From the NCBI RefSeq assembly GCF_000485595.1, contig NW_014577079.1, positions 471,478-535,477 of the forward strand: a stretch of 64,000 nt of DNA, read 5' to 3'. Below, in pieces: positions 25,135-39,758 of this stretch. Position numbers and translations under genes: made by a program. Below the pieces are notes generated by a model. The model did not search any database. It had not been told where the DNA came from and saw nothing but the letters and a program-made list of their open reading frames with translations. Within the stretch, counting starts at the first letter, position 1, and every line of letters starts with the position of its first letter. This stretch comes from Priapulus caudatus. Lineage: Eukaryota.

Positions 25135-25436
25135 TAGTTCATACGCATTTCTGGAGAGGAGAAAGAACGCTAATCGTAGCATCTGCAAGCTCGTTATTAG
25201 CCGATTGTCACACCGAGGGTGACAAACCAAACCGCGGGCAAATTATAAGGCTGACACTTAACAGCACTTCAAACATTGCCAAAGATCACTCTCGTAAAAC
25301 ATTTTCGCAAGAAACAACTGCGCAAACAGTAGGTTCACCCTGCCTCAGAAACTGTTCATCGATAGGGGGGGCTATAAAACCAAGGGTAACAACTGTTCAT
25401 AGGGTGGAGGTGATCAAGGTGGGGTGTCTAAAACCA

Positions 25437-25772
<336 letters not shown>

Positions 25773-27692
25773 CTATAAGCAACGCAATTCATCAGTAAAT
25801 CACAAGCATATAAAATATATATAATAGATCTATATAAAAACACAGATAGTAAGTAGTATATTTATGGGATCATAGATATACACATAGGCAAAGATATATA
25901 GACTATGGAGATATAGAGTTATATCTGTTTGCATATTTGTCGAGCGCAGCTAAGTTTATGGTAAAGGCAGATGTCGCAGGACGACGTAATACGTGCACGT
26001 ACGCACGCACACATTCCATCAGAAAGCCGATCCACGCGAAACTTGCACATTTCCACGCAAAAATATCTGCATGCATTGCGTACAGCATCTTTCTTTCTCC
26101 CAGCGTCAGCCTCGTTTGTCTAGCCAAGTGGAAGATGAGCCGCTAACCCGAATCGGTTTTCTTATCGGCCCCGCGTACAAACAGTCCATGCTAGTTACAC
26201 TAAATATAACAAAAACTGTTTTTATTTGCCCGACACGCGATACAGGGATGGAATGCGCCGCATCTGTTAGCTGCATGTAACACGCTGACGCATGACTGCC
26301 TACACGAGGACTGCATGGCTTCACAGTCGATCCCCTGCTGTTGCTGTTGCTGCTGCTGCTGTTACTGCTGGTGACGAGAGACTATCACGGGGTATGCGAC
26401 GCGTGTCGGAGATAACACCTCCACAAACTATATCTAACAGTCAAGAATTCCGTTCCGGTCCCAGATAATTACGACATTTGAAACAGCTATAGATTAAAAC
26501 TAATGCATTTAAAAATATTTTTGATGACTTCGTTTCAAGGTGGAATTCTCTTACAATCGGTAGCATCTCAATTTACATTGAAGAATTTCATCGTGTTCTG
26601 GGAGCATTACGTTTTCTCCAAACAGACACAAATTAAACATAACGATTGTATTAAGAGAAATTAACCTATGTAATAATTGTATAATAAAAGGAATATTTTC
26701 TTACTGGTGCTGTTGCTGTTTTAATAATCTATCGTTACATTGTCATAAATGCAATTCACACGCGAGACTACAATTAGCTGTCGAATATATTTCCCCTCTT
26801 CTGCTTCATTAGGAAACATTAGAACTTTAGCGGCACTTTTTAGACGCTAATGTACACGTGAGGACATCACTGTCATACGAACGTAAAACTACACGCCGGC
26901 AAGCGCGCGGAAACGACGACGTACTGCCGTGTCAAAGCAATCATATCGTGGCCTTTTCTCAACCCGCCCTGCTTTCGTTGACCGACGTGGCAATAGTCGC
27001 ACGTTTTTTTCGCTCCCTCTCCCCTTTTTTCGCCAACCAGCTGAGCTCTGAATGACGACGAGTGACGGCGACAGCATTTGACAGCCTCTCCACTGAAATG
27101 CTTTCCATTGAAGAAATTTCTCATTTGAAATGCTTATTTCGGGTACTTCCGTCGCCGCTGCCACATTAGTGTGACCGACTCAAACACGGACCACTGAAAA
27201 GAGCTTGCGGGGGTTTCGCCCGAAATCGATGGGCTCTTGCGTTAAAATTAAAATTCATAAAATATTCAAAGTGTTGTTGAACAGTTTGCTATGGATACAC
27301 GCGTGCGTGCATTATAGAAAGACAGAGGGATAGAGAGAGGGAGAGAGAGACGAAAGAAAGAGAGAAGAACGCGAGAGAAAAGGAGAAGAAGGGAGGGAGA
27401 AAGAAAGAAGAGAGAGGGATGGGGAGGGAGAGAAGGAGATGGAGAACGGGCAAGCCAGAGATAGGAAGGAGTACGGATGTAGAAGAGGGGAGTGGGTACT
27501 GGGTGAGTCAGATGGCGCAGAAGAGAGCAGAGGGAGAAAGCGAGAGAGAGCTCACCCATGCAAGAGAGAAGATGTCACAGAACAGAGAAAAAAATGAAGA
27601 GAAGGACTGGGCTGAAGGAAGGACGTATGAGAGACACAGAGAGAAAGAAAGGCAGAGAGAGAGAGATAGAGCAGTGTAGCGAGGGAGAGGGA

Positions 27693-27788
<96 letters not shown>

Positions 27789-29529
27789 AAAGAGAGTATC
27801 TGCAGTAAGTCAGTCGTGGCACAGGCAAAATTGTTCAACGTATGTGTCTTTCATCAGTTATACTGACTTAAGCAGACCTGCGAATGAGTAAACATTACAT
27901 AAATGTTTGCTGCATATTTTCTTCACTGAAATACTGTATGAACCGAATATGCCAATGCGATAAAACCATCGTTACACCGTAAGTATTTATTATTAATGAC
28001 AGGCCGAATAGGCTAGCGTTTGGTACCGATTAAAATAATCAGAATTAGTTCCCACTGCAGCTTTGTCCAACGGCCACAATGTTAATACATCCACGTGAGC
28101 CTACATACGCACCCAACGACCACACCTATTAATGAAAGTGTCAATGTGAGTACTGAATCCACTCAACAAAAAAGGTACGACAAATGGAGTGAGTGAGAAG
28201 AGTCCGTTTTAATTTGAGCAGATCCATCGACGGGGTACATCATAGAAAGAGAAGAAGTACATTATAATACTCTTGATAATTATGTTGTCATTTTTTATGT
28301 GAAAATAAATGTTTGAGATGTGAAAGTCTGAGGATGAAGGCGAGTGATGGCGTTAAGCACATCTAAAATCCTAATGATCGCCCATTTCAACGTCTTTATA
28401 ATATCAGATTGTAGGCAGCAGCCTAAAAGCAGGAGCTCCGAGTGTAAGCGTAGTAAGATTAAGAGGAATACGCTAATTCCACGGTAGGCTGGAGCTTATA
28501 TACTCGATCGTGAGAATGGTGTTTTAACTCTGGCCCAATAACACAACTTTGTCTAAAAGATTAAGTGGTTGCATGGAAGGTTTGTACTTGTATGGGTTTT
28601 CTAGGCGGTAGCACCGGTTGCCCATCTGTATATCGCATAATAATTTATAAACCAAAATGAATGCAGCGAATTTGTGACGTGGTAGAGTGGCGCTAATACC
28701 GCATCTTGATTGTTTCTTAGCGATGGCGTTCGAAATAAATTGGTTATCTGCTGTTCGACAAGTGTTTGTAAAACTTTACTGCTAATATAGAGCGTTTTAT
28801 CGCAGGGGTGGAGAGGAAATCACCAACTTTGCATTAAAGTATTGTCAATGAAGATCTTGTAAACGAACCTAGCACGAGTGTGACAGCGCCACCAGAGCTG
28901 TTATCTTGCGTGTTCATATTATGAATATCTATAGTAATGGCCCAAACCTACCTAATTTGGCATAATCTTTTGTTTAAATTCCAGAAACCCTAGCCCGCTT
29001 ATGTCATCCCCATTGAGCCAAAAATGAGCAAATCGTTTGAACCCTGAACTGACTAAGGCAAGTCCCATTTTTGGCCAAAAAAAGTTGCCCGTGGCTCGAA
29101 ATCACGTCGACTGCCAATGCCTCAAAATAGCGGTGTTTTTTAATATGGGAGCATAGCAAGAACAACTATATCCATATTGCAAACATGTGGGTCAAAACGT
29201 TTCATGACGTTATCGTTGACCGTAGCCAACATTGTTGACGGAACGGACGGACGAACGGCCGCACAGAGGCACGGACGCGAACGTACACGACGACGACGAC
29301 AGGCGCATGGCAATATGCTCGAGGCTATGACGATGTCAATGGTGAGGCTAAAAAAACACGATGCGCAATCGCTTTTAGAGCAGAGCTCTGGATATATATA
29401 TTATAGTATATATATTATAGTATCAAGAGCTAATAAAATACCTTTAAGGTGCAAATAAGGTGTTTATTAGCTCTGATAATATGTTGCCTCTCATCGTGCC
29501 GGTGTGTGTGTGTGTGTGTGGTGTGTGGT

Positions 29530-29575
<46 letters not shown>

Positions 29576-29859
29576 TGTGCACGCGCGCGACGCGGCGCAG
29601 TCGTTCGTGGCGCGTGTGTGTGCGTGCGTGCGTGCGTGCGTGCGTGCGTGGCGTGCGTGCGTGGCGTAATGCCGCCGCGTCGGACGTGGCGTGCGCGTGT
29701 GTGAAGTAAGTTTGAATGACAATAGCAGGCGCGCGAACACGTATTTTGCATGCAAGCCATCGGCTATATGTTATAACATCGTTTCATAAGTACAGTTCCG
29801 TTAGTAACTGACTGAATGACTTGACTCAAGTATACGGACTAAGGGCAGGCAGACGCTCT

Positions 29860-32020
29860 CTGCTCTCTCTCTCTCTTCTCCTCGTCTCTCCCTCTCTCAT
29901 CTCTTCTCTCTCTCATCTCTCTCTCTCTCGCTCTTCTTCTCTCTCTCCTCTCTCGCCGCTCTCTCTCGTCCCGCTGCTCTCTCAGACCCCCCTCTCTATC
30001 GTATCTATCTATCTACTATGCTATCTATCTATGCTATCTATCCTATCCTATCTACTATGCTTATCGTATCTATTCTATGCCTATTGCTATGCTAATCCAT
30101 CTATGCTATCTGTGATTCTATCTATCTATCTAGTCTATCTGATCATATCTATGCTCTATCTCGTTCCGTCTCCCTTTCTCTCTCTCGTCACCGTCTTCTA
30201 TCTATCTATCTATCTTCGCTATCTGCTCCCTGCTCTTTTCTCCGTCCTCTTATCTCTCTCCTTCTTTCTCTTTCTCTCTCTGCTGCTCCCTCTTCGACTC
30301 TCTCTCCATCCCGGTCTTTCTCTGCTCTCCTCCGTCGCCCCCGCCTCTCTATCATCTATGCTATCTTCTCTTTCTCCGTCTCTTGTGCTCTCTCTGCTCT
30401 CTCTCTCGCGCGTCTTCGATCCAGGTCTCTTCTCGCTCCTCTCTCACGCCTCTCTTGATATCTATCTATCTCTATCTCTCGGCCTCGCTTTCACTCTCGC
30501 TCACCTCTCTGCTCATCCATCTTCTTCGTCTCTCGTGCTCTTCTCGTCCACTCTTCATCTCTCTCAGTTCTTCTCTCTCGTCTCTCCTCTCTGTCTTCCT
30601 TCTCTCTTCTTTTGTTCCTTCTTTGTCGTCGGTTTTCTCTCCTGGTCTTCCCTCTGTCGCCGCCCTCTCTAGTCATATCTATGCTATCTCTATCCTTCCG
30701 TCTGCCCTCTGTTCTTTCTCTCGTCGCTCTCTCTGCACTAGCAGCTGCTCTCTTCTCAGCTACACTGCGGCTCTCTCACTAATCTGCTCATGTCTCTTAT
30801 CGTCTAACTTCTATCGTCCTATCTCTATCTCTATCTCTAATCCTATCTCTAATCTTGCTATCTCTGATCCCTATCATCTATCTGCTACGTCTAGTCTCTG
30901 ATGCTCTATCTCTATCTTCATCTCGTCCCCTCTCTCTCGGTCTGCTCTCTTCTCTCTCGTCCCTCGTCTCTTCTCTCTTCTCTCGTCCTCTCTCTCTCTC
31001 TCTCTCTCTCATTCTCTCACTCTCTCTTGCTCGCGTCGTCTGCTCGGTCAGCTCTCCGCTTCTCGCTCTTCGCTAGTGATCGGCTCTCTGGTGTGTGGGT
31101 CCTGGTCCGTCTGCCTCTCGTGTCGTCTCTCTCTCTGCTTCCTCTCAGTGTGTTTGTGTGGGGTTGTTTGTGTGGGTTGGTTTGTGGGGGGTGTGGTGTG
31201 TGCGGTTTGGGGGGTTGGTGGGTGGTTGGTGGTGTTGGTTGGTGTGTGGTGGTGTTGCGGGGGTGGTGGGTGTGGTGTGGAGGGTGTTGGGGGTGTTGGT
31301 TGGTGTGTGTGGTTTCATCAGGGTGTATTTGGCCACACACTGCGCTCTCTCGTCTCCGCCTCACGGATCTTCTCCTCTCTCGGCTCTTCTCGTGGCTCTT
31401 GCGCCGTTCTTGTCTGCTCGCTCTCTCTCTTCTCTTCTCGCTCCTATTTCTCGGTGCCTCGCCTGATGCTCGTGGTCTTCGGTCTCAGGGTGCGGGTCTG
31501 CTGCGGGGGGTGGGGGTTGGCGGTCGGGGGCGGGGTGGGTGGGTGGGCGGGGTGGGGGGGTGTGGGGGTGTGGGGGGGGGGGTGTCGTGGGCGTGGCGAG
31601 GGGTTGTGTCGGGTGGGGGGGTGCGGGCGTGGTGCTGCGGTTTCTGGGGGTGGGTGGGGTGGTTGGGGTGGGGGGGGGTTTTTTGGGTCGTGGGTGTCTT
31701 TGTGTCGGGTGTTTGGTTGTTGTTTTTTTTGTTGGGCGTGTGTTGGTTTGTGCTCTTTTTTGTTTGTTGTTTTTCTGGTTGGGTGTTGGTGGCGGGTGGT
31801 GGGTGTTGGTGGGTGGGGGGTCGTTGTTTCTGTTTTTTGTTCTGTTGGGTGTTTTTTTGTGTGTTTGTTTGTTGCGGTGTGTTGCGTTGTGGGTTTCGGG
31901 TGTGTTGGGCGTGTGGGGTGTGGTGTGTTTTGGGTGGGGTTGGTGGTTTGGTGGGGGGGGTTTGTTTCGTGTTTGTGGGGGTTGGGCGCTGTGTTGCGTG
32001 GCGCCGTGTGGGTCACTAAA
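29860..32020. repeat. Aperiodic low-complexity tract (CT-rich, then GT-rich), probably low-quality sequence
   Basis: Two-letter-biased sequence with no stable period, directly before the error-rich duplicate block. Confidence 0.7.
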
Positions 32021-32029
32021 CAGTCGCTC

Positions 32030-35000
32030 TAACTCTCTCTCGTCTTTCTCTCTTTCTGCACAAGAGTTCCTTCACATCAACACATGGGATCGCTAGCTTC
32101 ACTATAAGATTTGTCTTTTCCTCCCACGAATTTTAAATCATGTATAGCTATTTCCGTTGCGTTGCATTGACGTTGCTACATCAAGAGCGAATTCCGGTGC
32201 GTGCATTCCTGGTCAGATGTCTCCATAATTGCTCGTCCGTCCGGCGAGTCGCGCAGTGCTTGACGTATATCAGGCTGTGCGGCTGGGCGAATCATGGCCA
32301 CCGGGTGGTGGGGGTCCCTCTCCCGTTATTAATTAAATTGTCGGTTCATGCGATTATCGGGGGCGCTTGTTCGATTCACTGGGTGTCAGATTATTGCGAG
32401 AATCCGCCGAATATTTTCCGGCTGAAAAAGGCTTATGTTGCCTTGTTTTGTCCGAATGGCTTGGCCGTCGGAATGATTGATGGGCAGTTTGTTATTAGCA
32501 ACGTCGTTTCCGCCCGGGCCTTCTTGTCTTTTAGCAAGGCAGCGTGCGTGGATTAATAGTCTGCGGAGACCTTACAGGGCCGTACAACGGCCGTATTATC
32601 CCACCATTCACACCCGCTATATTGAGGCGGTTTCAAACCTGCATACAAGGCACTCAAGCAGATTACAACGCCTCTCCAAATGCGTTCCTGTTAGTGGAGC
32701 AGCATTTCTGCTCTAGTAGGAGGTTGGTTTCAATCTTGGCATAGCAGTAACGCCAAGAAGCCTTTACGAGACAGGTGTCCGTTCTATTAGAAGGTGGCTT
32801 GCACTGTATAGCTGCTACATTAACAAAACACGACAAAGACGCGGCTGTGGTTCGCCGTTATAGGGAGGTTCGGCGTTCTATTGGCGGGCCTGCACTAACC
32901 ATCATGGTTGGGCCGGCACAGCGCGTACTACTGCGACTGACCGGCGCTAGCGTGGACACGTTGCGTGGCGCTCACACGTCTCTGTGCTGCATGATCATAG
33001 CTCGCGCGCGTCGTATAGCTTAAGTCAACCCCCCCCCCACCACCCCCACACCGGGCCCGATGGTCAATGCGTGATGAATCGAGCAGCAATTAATATAAGA
33101 CATTCATTTAGATTTTTATACTTTGTTGAACTCGCTCGCGTCGCTCAGCAAGCAGCGCAATTTGCATGATTTATTCACGAACACGGACCCTTGCCGCCCA
33201 CGGGCGCGGCGCGCCGCACAGCCACCCACCGCCACAAATCAAATTAAGGCGACTGAAACAGATATTCATGGAAATGGATGCGTTGCGGGGTAGCGGCGCT
33301 CGCATCAGTGTGCGTGTGCCTGGTCTGGTCGAGCCGGAAACATGGAAGAATCGGAGTGAAAGTTCAATGCCCATCTACCTTCTTTACTATCAGTAATCAC
33401 GTACAATCGATAATTAATAGCGTAGCTGTGAACATACTAAGTGTACGCCCAAGAGATAAATCGCACCGACATGGGGCTGGTCTGTAAACCTTCGAAGCTA
33501 CATGATCAGAAAAGCGGCAGCGGACAGGTGTAGCTGTATGCCCCTTCTGAGCTATGGCTTCAGAAACCGACCCGCAGGTCGTAGCGTACCCTTCGAAGAT
33601 ATGTATCGACTGAAAACCCCAGACATACTGAGTAGAACACTCTACTGTAATTCAGTGCACATCAACACGAGCTAGAAAGTTCAGAACAAGCTGAATATTA
33701 TTTAGGCTGTTATTAGTTACTCCCTACAAACAGCTGTCATCAAGCAAAAAATTATTGCGCCTGGGGGGTGATATGACGCCGATATAAGAGCGATGTTTAC
33801 AAAATCTAATTACCAATTTAATAATGTTTAAAATTGATTTTATCACACGTAAGAATGGTTAGGCAACGAATAATTTTGATGACGTGCGCTGAAGGATCAC
33901 TACCGCAACTACTGAATATAATACTTAAATAAATCGCGTATCTTAGAGCAGCGAAGGCACTTTTAATGGAACACGCAGCATTTGCTTACTGACAGAACTG
34001 GTACAAAATTACGCAGCGAATCTGGTTTTACTGAATGCGGCGCAACGGCCGTAAATAAAAAAAGGTAAGCAAGAACTGTGTCACAAACGAAATGATACAG
34101 TGAACTGAAATACTCCCACGTGACATGAATAGCGTTTGATATCAAGTTGAATTAGTATCTTGGTAGTGTTAAAATAAAACGACATCGACAGATTCCTTTA
34201 CAGTTTGAACTATACAGTAGCTTATTTGCATGTGTGACCCGATCATAGAGTTAATGTCCTGTTATAGTTTTAACTAATATATGGATAATAGGCCTAACTC
34301 GGGTATGTGTTATATGATAAGATAATGTGACTTCAGCAAGATTGCGACTACATGAATTAAAGTTCCGACGATAACGCGATTTACTCCTGCTACCACATTT
34401 AGTAGAATTACTAGCACTCTATAACCGGTTTAATCGTAGTTACCCTAACGATGAAGTTTACGTGTAGCCTTATAGTTTTATTTTCAGCGAGCACATTTCA
34501 GGTAGAAATCGCCTTCGCAGCATCTTCAGACTAACGGCAGTAGTTCACTAACCCATAAACCCAAACTCTGACGCTGCAAACGGAAACATACAGCAACGAA
34601 CCAGGTGATAACTGTATACTCAGTCGAATGTACGTAAAGAAACCCCACCGAATCGCATAACAACGAGCGTCAAACCGCTTCAAGACAGTAATCACCACCG
34701 TGTAATTGTTGTGTGCTGGGGGGGGGGGGGGTGAAGGGGGGCTGTAAAGCGATGTTGTCGACAAGGGTAGGTCGAATAAACGAAGGCGTCGTATTATAAT
34801 ATCAAACGAGTCCACTAGTGGAAATAACGTTCTATTATGGACTCTGATAATATATGCGCAGTCATAGAAAGATATGTTGTAATTATGGAACTGTGTTTCG
34901 CAGCACTTCAGTAAGTACTGTTGTCGGTATAGGGCAATGAGACGCCAACGTCACGGAAGGTCAGTACTGGTGGCATGTATTGGCACTATAGGGTGCACAC

Positions 35001-37300
35001 TGGTTTGCAGAATCGGCTTCAACCGTAGTGACGTTATCACGGCCAAGCGTTAATAAACTGCCCTGGGTTTAATGGTCACCGTTCAAAGGCAAAGCTAGGT
35101 CCGATGGCATTACATATTAGGTCAAGGCATTCCCGTTGACACTAACCTTTGTCTCACGATGTCAGGCTCCAAGACATTAATTGTGCACATATAAAATATA
35201 ACTTTTCCAAGAAAGCATGTGCGGGATTATTTAATAGGTCAAGGCCATTACAGACCCGGTTAAAATATGCCAATTTCAGTGCATAGGATTTTAAGAGATT
35301 TCGGACGCTGCTAGAATTCGGCTGCAAGGTCATCATAACTACATATACGATTTAATCACACAGTCGATAAGGTTCTATAAAGAGCAATCTAGATGAGGGT
35401 TCAGGCAGAATTATACTTTTCACCCAATATCATGAAGATAATACTAATGCAGAATAAAATGCTGGCCGTATTACTCGTGTAAGCAGTGCGTCAGCGCGTA
35501 ACGGCTGTATCCTAGCCATCGAAGCCCTGAAATGGAAAGGCTAAGGTGCGTCTGTAGTAATGTGCAGTCTGGTACAGCCAACTCAAGACTACTCGACAAA
35601 GAGGAGTTGTGCGAAACTCACTTCATACTCCGATCTTTTCACGAACGACTCAACTGCATCAAATAACCGCCTACAGTCCATCTAGATTCTAGATCTAGAC
35701 TCTAGACTCTAGAGAGTCACCATTTCCGCCCATATATTTCAGCTAAACAGTGAAAAACACAGGGCTGCGCTATCAGGCGTCCGAGTCCGGCGCCTATTTG
35801 ATTCGTTGCTAGACGGAGTTCACTGTTCCCGACGATGCCGGGGAAAAAGCTGCGACGTACGAACTAGCAACAAATCACGGCGACCAGCCGAAATGTACAC
35901 AGCAAACCGTCAAATAACTGGCACGGCGAATTTCTCACGTGCGATCGAGTGGCAACTGCAATTACGCAAACACGCTTAACATTCAACATCGAATGTCAGG
36001 TAGCACGGTTCGTGCGCGCTTATAATGCCGGTTACATTAGTGCATAATGCATATCCGCTAGCCGAATTCACGTCGATTCCCAAAGATTCAAACTTGAGCT
36101 AGTAGAAGAAAGAGTTTGTTAACAGACATTTCTCAGTGAAATATATAAAAATTTCCCAAGCCAATCACTTCGATAGCAGGCACGATGATCATTCAGAGGC
36201 ATCACTATGCTGCGCAATGTCCGCGTTTAGAAATCACGTAAAAAGTTGCTGTAAGAATGAAGAAACGAACCAACAAAAAACAATAAAGCGGCGGTGAGTT
36301 AGTATACCGAACGAATAAAATGAAGTTTTGTAATCGATTGCACAATTAAAGAAAATGTACACTAGCCAATCCATGCACAGGAAAGCGACAAATGCGCACG
36401 TCGCTGATTGCTGTCTACATACGAAACCCAACCTTTCGTAGGCGAAGATAATAATGGGCGAGCGGGATACAAAGACCCCTATTCAGTGACAGAAACGTCA
36501 CTTCGGCCGAGTAATCTCATCTTAGTTTCAGTCCGCGCGTATGTTACAACGATCTAGAGGTAGCACTAGCAATAATCTAAACAAAGCATTCCGGAGATAG
36601 AATGACCAACGTTTAAAGTTGCTATCATGAACAATGAATTGAACGCTCTCTCTCTCTCCTCTCGTTCTGCTTGTGTGTGGGTGGCCACTCTATCTCGTCT
36701 CTTCTCCTCGCTCATCCCCGCATCTTGCCGCTTTCCTTCCCCTGCCTCAGCTCCGCGCTGCTCCCCACAACCTATTCTCCAGCACATCTTGCTCCTTTCC
36801 TCTATCGCCTATCGCTTCCCACCTGCCTTCTCCTTTCCCGTACCCGCCTCTCCTCTGGTGTAATTTTCACCTTCATTTTTATATGGAAGCACGTACGAGT
36901 AACAGCCAGACCTCATCAAATTGCCTGTTTTTCAATGCTGCGTAAGCGAACACACGTACCGAGTCAGATGTTTCACAATAAAAGTCGGCCGCAATCCGGA
37001 TCAGAAATGCACTGTGGCCCGACGCAAAGCGAGACAGAGAGATGAAGCGACAGTCGATTTATTCTATTCACTTCGTCTGCGCAGGGAAAGAGAGAGAATG
37101 AGGCTAGAGTCAGAGAAAGAGAGACAGAGAGGAGCAGAAGAGATAGAGCAAAAGAAGAACAGAGAAAAGAAAAAACACACCACACACCCACCTGCGAGCG
37201 CGCGAAGCGCACACACACACACGCCACACAAACAAGCGCACACGACAACGTCACGCGCACACGCCGCAGCAACGCGCGCACGCGCACAGCAGAAGCAGCG
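32030..37300 (+). repeat. Indel-rich direct duplicate of 37440-42230
   Basis: Colinear over about 5 kb (e.g. 33060 vs 38280, 35680 vs 40705, 37080 vs 42020). Differences are dense 1-2 bp insertions and deletions. Ends at a 10-N gap. Confidence 0.9.
34468..34572 (-). pseudogene. Frameshifted copy of the ELAV RRM1 exon inside the duplicate block
   Basis: Aligns to 39558-39661 with multiple indels and damaged splice sites. Confidence 0.6.
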
Positions 37301-37311
37301 GNNNNNNNNNN

Positions 37312-37435
<124 letters not shown>

Positions 37436-37911
37436 ACACTGCTCTATCTCTCTCTCTCTTTCTCTCTCGACACAAAGCCTTTCACATCAATAGCCGACTT
37501 CACGAGAAATGTTCTGTTCCGTCCAGATGTGAAATCAGATACTATTTGCCTGCGGTGCATACGTTCTACACAAACAATCCGACGTTGCATTCCGCAATTT
37601 CTCATAATTCTCTGCCGCCGCGACGCGCTCACAATATCAGCGTGCGCGGCACACCACCCCCTCTCCCGATGAAGAAATTGCGGTCATCATTATCGCGTCG
37701 ATCACGTGTCAGATATTCGAGAAGCGCCATTTATTTTCCGTCTGAATAAGGCATTTGCTTGTTTTCGAATGGCTGGCCCGAGATTGATGCATGTTGTTAT
37801 TAGCAACTCGTTTTTCCCCGGCCACGCTTTTTACGCGAAGCAGCGTGCGTGATATAGCTGCGGAGACGTTACACGCTACACGCCGTATACCCACCATCCA
37901 CCTCCTATATA

Positions 37912-38154
37912 CGGTCAAACCTGCATACAAGGGACACTCAGAGATAAACCCTCCCAAATGCGTCCTTTATGGACACATTTCTGCTCTAGAGAGGTGAGTT
38001 CACTGCATAGCAGTAACGCCAGAAGTCCTTTACAGACAGGTGTCCGTTCTATAGAGGTGGCTGCACTGTATAGCTGCCACATAAGCAAAACACAAACGTC
38101 CGTTATAGAGAGGTGTCCGTTCTATGGCGGTGCCCACTAACATAGGTTTGGCCG
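37912..38154. mobile_element. Degenerate pogo/Tc1-type MITE
   Basis: ta|CGGTCAAACCTG...TAGGTTTGGCCG imperfect TIRs, with repeated subterminal GGTGTCCGTT(C)TATAGAG motifs. Confidence 0.55.
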
Positions 38155-39515
38155 CACACGCGTACACGCGACTACCGCGCTACGTGGACACGTGCGTGCG
38201 CACACGCTTCTTGCTGCAATCATAGCCCGCCGTCGTTAGCAAGCAACCACCACCCCCCCCCCACCCCCCCCCCCCCCGATGGCAATCAGTGATGAATCGA
38301 GCAGCAATTATAAAGACATTCATTTAGATATTTTATACCTTTGTTGAACTCGCTCGCTCGCTCGCAAGCGCGCATGCATGATTTATTCACGAACACGGAT
38401 CCCTGCCGCCCACGCGCGCGCGCGCACCCACCACCGAACAACAATTAAGCGACTGAAACAAATCATGATGGATCGGTTTGCGGGTAGCGCGCTCGCTCGG
38501 TGTGCGTGTGCCTGTGTCTGTGCCGGAAAACATGAAGATGGAGTGAAAGTCAATGCCATCATTACCTCTTACTACATAACACGTACAATCGATAAGTACG
38601 TAGCGTAGCTGTAACATACTAATATATGCCCCCTCCAAAGAAAATCCACGACATGGGGTGTCTGTAACCTTCGAAGCTACATGATTCAAGAAACCAGCGA
38701 CAGGTGTAGCTGTAGCCTTCTGAGCTATGCTTCAAGAAACCAACCGACAGGCGTAGCTGTACCCTTCGAAGATATGTATCACGAAAACCCAGACATACTG
38801 ATAAACACGTCTACTGTAATTCATGTACATCTACGAGCTAGAAAGTTCAGAACAACTGAATATTATTAGGTTATTAGGTTACCTCCCTACTAAACACTTG
38901 CATTAAGCAAAATATTGCCAGGGGGGGGGGTGATATGCGCCGATATAATATCATTTACATCTAATTACCAATTTAATGAAATGTTTTAAAATTGATTTAC
39001 AACGTAGATTGTTAGCACGATATAATTTTGATGCGCGGCTGAAGGATCACCCGCACTACTAATATATACTTAAATAAATCGCGTATCCTACAGCACGAAG
39101 GCACTTGAATGGAACACGCACATTTGCTACTGACACTGTACAAAATTACGCGCGAATTGTTTTACTGAATGCGGCGCACGCCGTAGTACAGAACTGTGTC
39201 ACAACACAAGATATACACACTGAAATACCTCCCACGTGAATGAATAGCGTTTGATATCAGTTGGAATTAGGTACTTGGTAGTGTTAAATAAACGACATGA
39301 CCAGATTCCTTTACAGTTTGAACTATTACAGTACGTATTTGGCAGTGTGACGCGATAAGATAATGTACCTTTATAGTTTTAACTATATATGATAACAGGC
39401 TAACTCGGAAGTGTTATATGATAAGATAATGTACTTCACAGATTCGACTACATGATTAAAGTTCCGACGATAACCGATTTACCTGCTACACATTTATAGT
39501 ATTAACTACACTCTA

Positions 39516-39758
<243 letters not shown>

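Noticed and set aside
27661..27679. 19-bp inverted match to about 37435-37453 suggesting long-range pairing or an inversion
   Set aside because: Short, embedded in GA/CT microsatellites, and the flanks do not extend the match.
29821..32096. Long Leu/Ser-rich and Gly/Val/Trp-rich ORFs
   Set aside because: Stop-poor low-complexity sequence, probably low-quality read data.
34468..34572. Second RRM1 exon as a mutually exclusive exon pair
   Set aside because: It has frameshifting indels and broken splice sites, and lies in a 5-kb block with a sequencing-error profile.
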